A DNA stretch of 32,408 bases from Candidatus Micrarchaeales archaeon (lineage in GTDB: Archaea > Micrarchaeota > Micrarchaeia > Micrarchaeales > CABMGC01): positions 1 to 32,408 of the forward strand of contig JBEKPX010000002.1 of assembly GCA_049520335.1 (NCBI GenBank), read 5' to 3'. The translations under genes were made by a program, and so were the position numbers. This document shows, piece by piece, positions 6,198 through 14,217 of this stretch. Under the pieces are notes generated by a model. The model was not told the origin of the DNA and ran no database searches. It worked only from the letters and a program-made list of their open reading frames with translations. Position 1 is the first letter of the stretch, and each line of letters opens with the position of its first letter.

Positions 6198-7784
6198 TCA
6201 ACCCGAAGCGATAACATTCGTAGTCGCTTCAGAACCTCTGTCTCCGACAACCAATATCCTATACTTCTCTCCGATAGCAGGCGTGATCCTGATATGCCCA
6301 TTTGCATATACTATCTCTCCGGAGAAGGTCAGCGTTGCGGAAGCTCCAGGTTGCAACAGGTATCCTGAGTTTGTTGAATTCTCGAAGCAGTTATCACAAA
6401 TCTCCGGCATCATTGGTCCTTCTATTCCAACTCCACCCGATACGCGCGGCAGCACAAGCGTCCCGTTCTTGGTTACTATGAAATTGAGCACTTGAAGCAT
6501 CTTTGCTCTGGCCCCTATGCTAACCAGAACGCCAAGCCTCTTCGAATCGGCTGCATTCATGGCAGGCATGTTCGTTCCTGCACTGCCGTTTTCAACAACC
6601 ATGACATGTATCCCATTTACCGTCTCAATTCCTCTTTCCGTCAAATTCACACCTTTTCCCTTGCCGGTCATATTACCCGCGACCATCATTCCAGGCGCTG
6701 GGTCACGAGAGTCGGCTAAGAAATCCGGCCTCTCTTGTATGTTTACTCCAAACGTAGTGTTGGTTCCGTCCCTTCCGGTTACTCTTATCGGTTCAGGTGT
6801 CACAAATACAGATGGGATGCCGTAAAGAATCACATGCCTCAAGTCCAGGCTTTTATTCAGGTTGTTCTTCACAGTTACAGAAAGATTCGTCACATTTCCG
6901 CTGAGAGTGAGGTTCGCCGAGGTTATGCTTATTTTCGGTGTCGTCTGGTTCAGTATCCTTTTCTCATCATTGTCCAAAGGAGCCCTCTCTCCAGGCTTCA
7001 ATCTCAGTCTAGAGTTTCCTATGAACACCGCCTTGACTGAAGGAACGAGCACGAAAACTGTCGAATTCTCAGTGAATATGGTTGCAACAACAGGGCTCAG
7101 ATCTATCATCACGCTAGAATTTCCATTCACTACTTGTCCTGTAACCTGTGCAGTGAGATGGCCGCTAGGCACAGTCACATTGTAAGTCGTTCCATTTATG
7201 GTTATGAAAGCGGAATTTATATCGAACCTTACCATATCTATCATTGCATTTGCCGGGACTTTGCCCGTACCTATGACCTGGCTCGTGTTTATCAGGTTCA
7301 TGAGGTCTATCATACCACTTCCAGTTCCCGATATCCATCCAGAAACGTTATTGTTCCCAGCGATATGTGCCTGCAGCGAAGAGTATGTTATGTTCAAAGC
7401 TTCTGTACCGTTTGGCACGCTTGGAGGATCGGTAAGCTGGAATGCGATTTGGTTTTCCGCATTGAGAACCGGAAGCTCCAAAATCACAAATGCAAGCAAT
7501 CCCAGAACTATGACCAAGGGAACTGCAATCTTAACGATGTTGCCCATTCCTTTTTGTTTCACCATTCTATCACCATTAAATTTTGGATTTAATTTATAAT
7601 ATTTCCACTTCTTGACATAAGGGTTGTCTACCCGTTCAATTGCTCCCATCTGTTCGAGTTCATCCATATGTTCGCTCACGGTCGAAGGTGCAAGCCCGAG
7701 CTTCTCACTTATCTCTCCAGGTGTTTTGGTATCTTCCCCAATAAGCTTCAATATTTTCTTCTTTGTCTGACCGCTCTTTGTCAT
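6198..7784 (-). CDS. Membrane-tethered ArsR-type winged-HTH protein with a large extracytoplasmic DUF4382-like domain
   Basis: 528-aa ORF. The N-terminus (KILKLIGEDTKTPGEISEKLGLAPSTVSEHMDELEQMGAIERV) is an ArsR/wHTH. One TM helix follows (IVKIAVPLVIVLGLLAFVILEL). Then a sequon-rich beta-type ectodomain begins FQLTDPPSVP...ITYSSLQAH...GWISG...IDLMNL...VPSGHL, like DUF4382. Confidence 0.7.
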   Translation of the reverse strand: MTKSGQTKKKILKLIGEDTKTPGEISEKLGLAPSTVSEHMDELEQMGAIERVDNPYVKKWKYYKLNPKFNGDRMVKQKGMGNIVKIAVPLVIVLGLLAFVILELPVLNAENQIAFQLTDPPSVPNGTEALNITYSSLQAHIAGNNNVSGWISGTGSGMIDLMNLINTSQVIGTGKVPANAMIDMVRFDINSAFITINGTTYNVTVPSGHLTAQVTGQVVNGNSSVMIDLSPVVATIFTENSTVFVLVPSVKAVFIGNSRLRLKPGERAPLDNDEKRILNQTTPKISITSANLTLSGNVTNLSVTVKNNLNKSLDLRHVILYGIPSVFVTPEPIRVTGRDGTNTTFGVNIQERPDFLADSRDPAPGMMVAGNMTGKGKGVNLTERGIETVNGIHVMVVENGSAGTNMPAMNAADSKRLGVLVSIGARAKMLQVLNFIVTKNGTLVLPRVSGGVGIEGPMMPEICDNCFENSTNSGYLLQPGASATLTFSGEIVYANGHIRITPAIGEKYRILVVGDRGSEATTNVIASG

Positions 7785-7861
7785 GCAATCAGTATTATAA
7801 GCAGCTTCTTAAATAAATATCCTTCGGTTTTTGTTCGGTTTTTATCTCTGAAAAAGTTCAT

Positions 7862-8389
7862 TCAGCTTAGGTCGAACCTTTTCAAGAAGTTCCGGAACTC
7901 CTTCTTTGAGATCCATTCGACCTCGAGATAGTCAATTATCTCCTTCCTGCTCATTCCCAGTCTTTTTGCCTCATCAACAGCCGCATCATACGCCTCTCTC
8001 TCAGTAGGCCTATTGATGTATGCATAGTTTTCATCGAAAAGCTCCTTTCCTTCTAGCATCTGTTTGATGTGGACTAATTCATGTATGATATCCAGGTATA
8101 GGTATCTCTTCTCAGCCGTCTTTAGGTAATCGATATTGCATACGAGGCATTTATTTTTCTCGTCGATCCACATGTATCCTCCCCATTTCGAAGAGTAGAG
8201 TGCGATCCTGAGTCTCGAAAGCACTTTCACCGTATCTTTCCCGAATATGCGTTTTATCGCTTTCACTCTTCCGAATCCCTTGAAGACCTGTGTAAATGGA
8301 TAGGTCAGAAGCTTCACATTCCTGTCTATCCTGACTTTCCCTATTTCCTGTTTTTGCTCTTCCCTTTGCCTGGTCGCCATGCATCTCAC
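7862..8389 (-). CDS. Hypothetical protein with HExxH motif (putative small Zn-metallopeptidase-like)
   Basis: 175-aa ORF with the single motif YLDIIHELVHIKQ (HELVH), followed by a conserved-looking E (PTEREAYDAA). I recognise no other family signature. The start may be at the internal Met (MATRQ). Confidence 0.45.
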   Translation of the reverse strand: MRCMATRQREEQKQEIGKVRIDRNVKLLTYPFTQVFKGFGRVKAIKRIFGKDTVKVLSRLRIALYSSKWGGYMWIDEKNKCLVCNIDYLKTAEKRYLYLDIIHELVHIKQMLEGKELFDENYAYINRPTEREAYDAAVDEAKRLGMSRKEIIDYLEVEWISKKEFRNFLKRFDLS

Positions 8390-8395
8390 GCTTTC

Positions 8396-8869
8396 TCAGA
8401 ACTCATATACTAGCTGCACTTGCACCGGCTCAAATCCATTCTTGGAGTAGAGCCTCATTGCATTCCTGTTCAATATCGATGTCTCCAGATAAATGAAACA
8501 AATCCCTTTCTTTTCGAACCATTTCTTTGCACTCTTAATGAGTCTGTCTGCGATCCCGAGCTTCCTATATTCCTTATCCACCATAAGAAGCGAGATGAAT
8601 CCTGCCTTCTTTATCTTATAGAGCGGCGGTTTCCTCGTCTCAACCTCCAGAAGCACATAGCCTACCATTCTCTTTCCGTCCAGCGCAACGAACGCTTTTT
8701 CATCCTTGTTCCTGACTGCACTGTGGAAGAAGTTCGTTATGACCCTTGTCTTAGCCTCCTCTACCTTCCAGATCTTGTGATGGAGCTCATACTCCTTGTA
8801 GAATTCCTTCGTCAGCTTCAGTAAGTCAGAGATATCATCCCTCCTTGTCAATGATCTGATGACTACCAT
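8396..8869 (-). CDS. GNAT-family N-acetyltransferase
   Basis: 157-aa ORF. The acetyl-CoA binding motif is (V/I)-x-x-x-(Y/F)-R-x-x-G-(I/V)-(A/G): LMVDKEYRKLGIADRLI. The C-terminal NRNAMRLYSKNGFE is typical of GNAT. Confidence 0.85.
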   Translation of the reverse strand: MVVIRSLTRRDDISDLLKLTKEFYKEYELHHKIWKVEEAKTRVITNFFHSAVRNKDEKAFVALDGKRMVGYVLLEVETRKPPLYKIKKAGFISLLMVDKEYRKLGIADRLIKSAKKWFEKKGICFIYLETSILNRNAMRLYSKNGFEPVQVQLVYEF

Positions 8870-9064
8870 GGCGATCTCTCTATACTCTTAGTTTTCCTGA
8901 CCTTAACTCTAATATAACTTATTGTCAAAAACGTATTTCCCGGGATACAAAAATGATTGATTCTCTGTCGTTGCAAGAAGGAGATTTCAAGCTTGGCGAA
9001 GTTCGCCAGGATGGCAATTGTCAGGAGGAGGAATAGAGGTAGGGACGGATGAGCCGCTCGTGCA

Positions 9065-9074
9065 TATTTAAATA
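9065..9074 (+). promoter_or_regulatory. TATA-box-like element upstream of 9098 ORF
   Basis: TATTTAAATA centred about 28 nt upstream of the ATG at 9098, which suggests a leaderless transcript. It lies in a 228-nt divergent intergenic region. Confidence 0.4.
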
Positions 9075-9097
9075 TTATCATTTCCAAAGCTAATCAT

Positions 9098-10345
9098 ATG
9101 GCAAGATCAAGGTCAGGCATTGAGAAGAATGAGAGACTCCTTGTGCTGGCTATCGAAGTTGACAACGACCTTTACAGAAAGACAAGGATAGGCGGGCCTC
9201 TTATAGGCAAGGTGCAGAATCTCAACGGCGCGACCCAGCTAGCGCTTGCGGATCCTGAAGACACTGACGCAAATACGATGTTCCAAGCGGTCAAGACGTA
9301 TGACGAGCTGAAAGAGAAGGGCTATTCCATAGACATAGCGACGATAACGGGTGCCGAGAGCGAAGGCTACATCGCAGACAGAGAGATAACTTCACAATTG
9401 GAGAACGTGTTGGATCAGACGAAGGCAGATTCCTGCATCTTCGTGACCGATGGGGCGAGCGACGAGCGAGTGCTTCCTCTCGTGGAGTCTAGGATAAAGA
9501 TAGGCAGCGTCAAGAGCGTGACAGTCAAGCAGAGCAAAGCACTAGAGAGTAACTATGTCGCTGTCCTAGAGAAGCTGAAGGAGCCGCACTATGCAAGGAT
9601 AGTCTTCGGGATACCTGCCATACTCTTCCTCCTATTCACTGTGAGCTATGCTGCCGGGTTGGGCTGGGAGCTTCCTTTAGGCATAGTCGGTCTTTATCTT
9701 CTTATCAAAGGCTTCGGGCTAGAGGACACGCTTCTCGAATCGTTCCGCGGCTTCGGATTCAGCATCGACAGGCTGAGTTTCGTCTTCTACCTGAGTGCGC
9801 TCATCTTCCTGATTGCCAGCATCTTCGTCGGTGTCAGCAACTATCTGGCCCAGCTTGGAATAACCTCCGACTACTCGCTTGCATTCGCATACGGAGTAGA
9901 GGGCTCTTTGCTCCTGCTGCCATTCACTTTCATACTCTTCCTCCTAGGCAGGATGTTCGATACGAGATCGAACAGATACGTGTTCAGGAGCTTCAAATAT
10001 GGCGTCTATGTGGGCTCATCGATAATACTCTGGGTGATGGGTTACTCTTTCCTTGCATGGCTACTTGGACAGGTGTATTTCAGCCAGTTCTTCTTATTCA
10101 CCGTGGCAGCAATAGTAATAGGCATCGCCATCTCCACAGTCACATCTTTCCTCAGAATTCGTGTACTGAGGACTAAGAGGCTAAAGAACAAGTTAGTCGT
10201 GAACGAGCTAGGCACCCTAATAGGCAAGGTTGCAGGAATAGACATAAGGAAGGGCGGGTTGATCATAAACACTAATTTTGGGAACCCAGTCAGGTATAGC
10301 GTCGACAGAGTCGTCGAGATATCTGATAAGATAGTCGTTAAGTAA
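9098..10345 (+). CDS. DUF373-family archaeal membrane protein
   Basis: 415-aa ORF. The N-terminal soluble domain has VLAIEVDNDL ... LALADPEDTDANTMF ... IATITG ... VTDGASDERVLPLVESRIKI ... VTVKQS. This matches my memory of DUF373/COG2237. About six TM helices and a short C-terminal soluble tail follow. Confidence 0.7.
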   Translation: MARSRSGIEKNERLLVLAIEVDNDLYRKTRIGGPLIGKVQNLNGATQLALADPEDTDANTMFQAVKTYDELKEKGYSIDIATITGAESEGYIADREITSQLENVLDQTKADSCIFVTDGASDERVLPLVESRIKIGSVKSVTVKQSKALESNYVAVLEKLKEPHYARIVFGIPAILFLLFTVSYAAGLGWELPLGIVGLYLLIKGFGLEDTLLESFRGFGFSIDRLSFVFYLSALIFLIASIFVGVSNYLAQLGITSDYSLAFAYGVEGSLLLLPFTFILFLLGRMFDTRSNRYVFRSFKYGVYVGSSIILWVMGYSFLAWLLGQVYFSQFFLFTVAAIVIGIAISTVTSFLRIRVLRTKRLKNKLVVNELGTLIGKVAGIDIRKGGLIINTNFGNPVRYSVDRVVEISDKIVVK

Positions 10346-10428
10346 GAGTCCATTAGGTATGCAGGCAGAAGTTAATCAGATTTCGCATGTTATCTCTAGG
10401 GTTAATGTAACCTAGAAAGCAAAAGATG

Positions 10429-11340
10429 CTAATGCGATGTGTAGCTGCTGATCCATGAACTTGTGTAGACGACATTGGTTGGTACGCCGTTGTTGCCGTT
10501 TCCAGAGTAGTCGTTGGCATCGCCATTGAGCGGCCACCATGCAACAAGATTCTGCAGCTTGAGCGGCACACCGCCTATGCCTTCGATGTAAAGCGCCTGA
10601 ATTTCATTTGCTGAAAGGGAAGTGTTATAGATCTGGACGTTTGAGATGAGACCGTTGAAATAATACGGCACTGCGACGGAATCTTGAAGTCCTATTAAGA
10701 AATTTATAGGAGAAGTAGTATACACCCCACCGGCATTTGTGCTTCCTTGATTAACCCCATTAACGTAAATAACTAAATTGCCAGCAGCATATTCTCCAGC
10801 TATATGATACCATTGTCCATTATTTATTGTAGTAGATGATGACGCAAAGACAAATACAGCGTTATTGTATATTTCCATAGAAGCTTTGTTTGAAACATGA
10901 TTTATTATCAGTCCCCCCGCACAATAATAATTACAACTAGTTCCTGTATTTTGTCCTACAATAGGACCTAATGTGGATGAGGTGGTTTCTATCCATGCAG
11001 AAAAAGTCATGCCATTTGAAAGTATGGTTGTGCGCGGGATATTACTTGGAAGAGTTACGTAGCCGCTCTGCCCGTTGAACTGCGTAACATATTGCGGCAG
11101 CCCACCGCTGCAGGCGCCAGTCAAGGATATCAGCGATACTGTCCAGGGTCCGTAAGGTCTGTAGACGCTGCACGCCCCCGGTTGTATCCTAGGTGCGAAG
11201 TTGTTTGGACTGAATACTCCAAAGGCATAGAGTGCTACAAATGCTACAACAACGATCAGTATGACCCAGGAGTAGGTTACAAGGTACTCCATCGCTGACT
11301 GCGCTCTTCTATGCCTTTGTGTGGCTCGCATTGCAAACAC
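10429..11340 (-). CDS. Type IV pilin-like (class III signal peptide) protein with LamG/concanavalin-like lectin domain
   Basis: 303-aa ORF. The N-terminus is RRAQSAMEYLVTYSWVILIVVVAFVALYAF (Q+1, E+5, hydrophobic helix). The Laminin_G_3-like body has FNGQSGYVTLP ... TFSAWI ... WYHIAGEY ... LVIYVNGV ... FNGLISNVQIYNTSLSANEIQALY. The C-terminus (WWPLNGDANDYSGNGNNG) looks like the opening of a second LamG repeat. Confidence 0.75.
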   Translation of the reverse strand: MFAMRATQRHRRAQSAMEYLVTYSWVILIVVVAFVALYAFGVFSPNNFAPRIQPGACSVYRPYGPWTVSLISLTGACSGGLPQYVTQFNGQSGYVTLPSNIPRTTILSNGMTFSAWIETTSSTLGPIVGQNTGTSCNYYCAGGLIINHVSNKASMEIYNNAVFVFASSSTTINNGQWYHIAGEYAAGNLVIYVNGVNQGSTNAGGVYTTSPINFLIGLQDSVAVPYYFNGLISNVQIYNTSLSANEIQALYIEGIGGVPLKLQNLVAWWPLNGDANDYSGNGNNGVPTNVVYTSSWISSYTSH

Positions 11341-11427
11341 TTATAATGAAAAAGATAGATATTATACCTTAACCCTGAACCAGCGCTTCCTGCATGCCCG
11401 CTCAGGCTGATATGTTTAAATATGTGT

Positions 11428-11439
11428 CTTTATAAAAAC
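11428..11439 (+). promoter_or_regulatory. TATA-box-like element upstream of the ribosomal-protein operon
   Basis: CTTTATAAAAAC centred about 25 nt upstream of the rnp1 ATG at 11458. A second box, GTTTAAATATG, lies at 11414-11424. Confidence 0.4.
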
Positions 11440-11457
11440 TAATCAGCAAATAAACTC

Positions 11458-11769
11458 ATGGACAACGCAGGTTACAGCAACTACAACAACAAGAACATAG
11501 TGCTAAACGAACTCATAGGGCTTAGAGTCAAAGTAGTAAGATGCCTTGACAAAAAGCAGAAGGGTTTAGAGGGAAGAGTAACTGATGAGACCAAGAACAC
11601 TCTCGTCTTAGAAACCAGGAATGGAATGAAGAGGGTCGCAAAATCCTCGTCGACTTTCCGATTCTATGCGGGGGGCAGGTCTTTCGTTGTCAAAGGCGTG
11701 GAGATAAACTTCAGGCCGCATGAGCGCATAGAGAAGGGAATGAAGTACTACAGGAAAAGAGAGTTGTGA
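11458..11769 (+). CDS. rnp1: RNase P protein component 1 (Rpp29/Pop4)
   Basis: 103-aa ORF. LIGLRVKVVRCLDKKQKGLEGRVTDETKNTLVLET is the Rpp29 Sm-like core. It holds the canonical archaeal position immediately upstream of rps17. Confidence 0.85.
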   Translation: MDNAGYSNYNNKNIVLNELIGLRVKVVRCLDKKQKGLEGRVTDETKNTLVLETRNGMKRVAKSSSTFRFYAGGRSFVVKGVEINFRPHERIEKGMKYYRKREL

Positions 11770-11772
11770 AGC

Positions 11773-12066
11773 ATGGAATGCAATGATCCAAGATGCCCTG
11801 TGCATGGCAAGATAAAGATAAGAGGCGCACGCCTCGCAGGCCTAGTGGTCAGCAGCAAGGCAAAGAAGACTGCCATAGTGAAGATAGACTACACTATGTA
11901 TGTGCACAAGTACGAGAGATACCTCAGGAAGCACTCCAGGATAGCTGTGCACAACCCGGAATGCATAAACGCAAAACGAGGAGACACGGTAAACATCGCA
12001 GAAACGAGGAGACTCAGCAAGACCAAGTCCTTCGTCATAACTGGTATAGCTAAAGCAAAGGTGTAA
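11773..12066 (+). CDS. rps17: 30S ribosomal protein uS17
   Basis: 97-aa ORF with the archaeal uS17 N-terminus (CNDPRCPVHG) and an OB-fold body (VVSSKAKKTAIVKIDY...HNPECINAKRGDTVNIAETRRLSKTKSF). It sits in operon order. Confidence 0.9.
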   Translation: MECNDPRCPVHGKIKIRGARLAGLVVSSKAKKTAIVKIDYTMYVHKYERYLRKHSRIAVHNPECINAKRGDTVNIAETRRLSKTKSFVITGIAKAKV

Positions 12067-12068
12067 AG

Positions 12069-12467
12069 ATGAGAGGTTTCTCGACAAAAATAACGAAAAC
12101 ACTTGTACCTATGTCAACTCTGACCTGCGCCGACAACAGCGGCGCCATACAATTTAGGATAATAAATAAGCTCGGCAAGGGTCACAGACATGCCAAGCTC
12201 GCTGCAGCTGGCATCTGCGATATAGTCATAGCCAGCGTGATAAAAGGAACGCCAGCTTATCTGAAGAAGCCTGTGCGCGTTGTGATAATAAGGCAGAAGG
12301 CACCGATAAGACGTTCTAATGGCATGCGCGTTAGGTTCGAGGACAATGCGGGGATAATGATAGGGGAGGACAATCTTCCGATAGGTACCGAGATCAAGGG
12401 CGTGATGGCCAGGGAAGTGATAGAGAGGTTTGTCAAGGTGGGCGGAATAGCTTCAAAAGTGATTTAG
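12069..12467 (+). CDS. rpl14: 50S ribosomal protein uL14
   Basis: 132-aa ORF. LTCADNSGA ... VIKG ... FEDNAGIMI pattern of uL14. In operon order. Confidence 0.92.
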   Translation: MRGFSTKITKTLVPMSTLTCADNSGAIQFRIINKLGKGHRHAKLAAAGICDIVIASVIKGTPAYLKKPVRVVIIRQKAPIRRSNGMRVRFEDNAGIMIGEDNLPIGTEIKGVMAREVIERFVKVGGIASKVI

Positions 12468-12842
12468 ATGATAGAAAGCAGCAAACCTAGGAAGCAGAGG
12501 CTTTTCAGATATAACGCCCCGATGCACGTGAGACAGGCGTTCATCCATGCGCACATCTCGAAGGAGCTGGCCGCAAAACTGAGCATAAGAAGGAGAAACA
12601 TAGGAATCAGGCGCGGAGATTCCATAAAGGTGATGAACGGAAAGAGCAGGGGGAAGAGCGGGAAAGTGCTGAGCGTGGATCTGAAGCGAGGCACCGTATT
12701 CATCGAAGGTATTTCAAGGAAAAATGCGAAGGGCAAGGAACTGCAGATACCTATAAGCGCTTCAAACGTTTACATAACCGACCTTAACCTGACTGACAAG
12801 AAAAGGGCGGATAAGATAGAGGGAATGAAGACAAAGAGGTGA
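12468..12842 (+). CDS. rpl24: 50S ribosomal protein uL24
   Basis: 124-aa ORF with a KOW motif (IRRGDSIKVMNGKSRGKSGKVLSVD). It starts directly after the rpl14 stop. Confidence 0.9.
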   Translation: MIESSKPRKQRLFRYNAPMHVRQAFIHAHISKELAAKLSIRRRNIGIRRGDSIKVMNGKSRGKSGKVLSVDLKRGTVFIEGISRKNAKGKELQIPISASNVYITDLNLTDKKRADKIEGMKTKR

Positions 12843-12846
12843 GAAC

Positions 12847-13530
12847 TTGGCTAGGCATGGTAATTCAAGGCACATGAACAGGCTTGCTTCAAGCAGATAC
12901 GCGCAGATAAGCAGAAAGGTATCAAAGTACGTTGCAAAACCTGATCCTGGGAGGCATGAGCTGGAGAGAAGCGTAGCGCTTATGATAATACTCAGAGACA
13001 AGCTTGGTCTTGCTGCAAACAAGGTGGAAGCTAAGAGGGCGATAAAGGCGGGCAGCGTGGAGGTGAACGGCAGAGCAGTTAGCAGTGAGAAGTACCCTGT
13101 TGGCTTTGGAGACATCATAAGGATAGTGGAGTCCAATGAGTTCTATAGAGTAGGATTGACGAAGAAGGCTGCAATAAAACTAGAGAAGATAGAGAGCAAA
13201 GATGACAAGAGGCTACTCAAGGTTGTTGACAAGTACATTGCGAAGAACAACAGATTAATGGTCAGACTCTACGACGGCTCAACGATGGCAGGATCAAATG
13301 AAATAAACACAAACGATTCAGTCCTGATCAGCGGGAAGAAGATAGAAAGCGTTCTGAAGTTCAAGGAGGGTGCAAAGTGCCTTGTGATGAAAGGCGCGCA
13401 CACCTCGGAGCAGGGAGTGATAAAGGAGATAAAGAAAGGGAGCGCGACGAGCATGGCAGAAGTAAAGATAGAGAGCGAGGGCGGCTCGTTCGAGACTCCG
13501 GTTGAGAGCATAATGATTGTCGGTGTTTGA
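12847..13530 (+). CDS. rps4e: 30S ribosomal protein eS4
   Basis: 227-aa ORF with a TTG start. The N-terminus ARHGNSRHMNRLASS and S4/KOW-type domains fit archaeal eS4. In operon order. Confidence 0.9.
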   Translation: MARHGNSRHMNRLASSRYAQISRKVSKYVAKPDPGRHELERSVALMIILRDKLGLAANKVEAKRAIKAGSVEVNGRAVSSEKYPVGFGDIIRIVESNEFYRVGLTKKAAIKLEKIESKDDKRLLKVVDKYIAKNNRLMVRLYDGSTMAGSNEINTNDSVLISGKKIESVLKFKEGAKCLVMKGAHTSEQGVIKEIKKGSATSMAEVKIESEGGSFETPVESIMIVGV

Positions 13531-14053
13531 TGTGTCGAACCCAATGCGTGATATTTATCTTGATAAGGTCGTGGTCAACATAGGGATAGGTCCAACCGAG
13601 GACAAACTCGAAAATGCGAAGACACTGCTAAAGAAACTCACAGGCCACGAGGCTGGATTCGCAAAAGCAAAGAAAAGATTTCCCGAATTCGGGATAAGAC
13701 AGGGACAAATTATAGGCACAATGGTGACACTTAGAGGGATAGAAGCACTGAACTTTTTCAAGAGCGCGCTAGATGCGAACGGAAACGTGCTTTTCACAAA
13801 TTCAATAGCGAACAATTCAGTGAACTTCGGAATAAAAGAGTACATTTACTTCTCAGGAGTGAAATATGATCCAAAGATAGGCATGCTCGGACTTAACGTA
13901 AATGCTTCATTCTCCAGGAAGGGCGCGAGGGTCGGATTAAGGAAGAGGAGAAGGAGCATAGTGAGCAAGGAACACAAGATGATAAAAGCGGATGAACTGA
14001 AGTCATATGTAGAGAGCAAATTCGGAATCAAGGTGACTGAGAAAGAAGGATGA
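13517..14053 (+). CDS. rpl5: 50S ribosomal protein uL5
   Basis: 178-aa ORF. NPMRDIYLDKVVVNIGIG and FGIKEYIYF are uL5 signatures. The start codon is uncertain (TTG at 13517, overlapping rps4e, or the ATG at 13544). Confidence 0.9.
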   Translation: MSVFDVSNPMRDIYLDKVVVNIGIGPTEDKLENAKTLLKKLTGHEAGFAKAKKRFPEFGIRQGQIIGTMVTLRGIEALNFFKSALDANGNVLFTNSIANNSVNFGIKEYIYFSGVKYDPKIGMLGLNVNASFSRKGARVGLRKRRRSIVSKEHKMIKADELKSYVESKFGIKVTEKEG

Positions 14054-14214
14054 TTCAAATGAAGGTGTCGCAAAACGAGAGATTCAAGGGCAAGGGAGTA
14101 AGAAAGTGTAAGATATGCGGCAACTCAAGGGCGCTGATAAGGTCATATAACCTCTACGTATGCAGAAGATGTTTCAGAGAGGTCGCAAAGGATCTCGGAT
14201 TTGAGAAGTTATAA
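14050..14214 (+). CDS. rps14: 30S ribosomal protein uS14 (zinc-ribbon type)
   Basis: Not in the supplied ORF track because it is under 60 aa. My translation is MIQMKVSQNERFKGKGVRKCKICGNSRALIRSYNLYVCRRCFREVAKDLGFEKL*. It has CxxC...CxxC and lies between rpl5 and rps8 as expected. The ATG at 14050 overlaps the rpl5 stop (ATGA). An alternative start is the ATG at 14059. Confidence 0.9.
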   Translation: MIQMKVSQNERFKGKGVRKCKICGNSRALIRSYNLYVCRRCFREVAKDLGFEKL

Positions 14215-14217
14215 GGT

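Noticed and set aside
8863-9087. 74-aa minus-strand ORF filling the GNAT/DUF373 divergent intergenic region, with a hydrophobic stretch (PSLPLFLLLTIAILANFA).
   Set aside because: It overlaps the GNAT start and runs through the TATA-like box of the divergent gene. I see no start context or family signature. It is kept only as a low-probability small-membrane-protein candidate.
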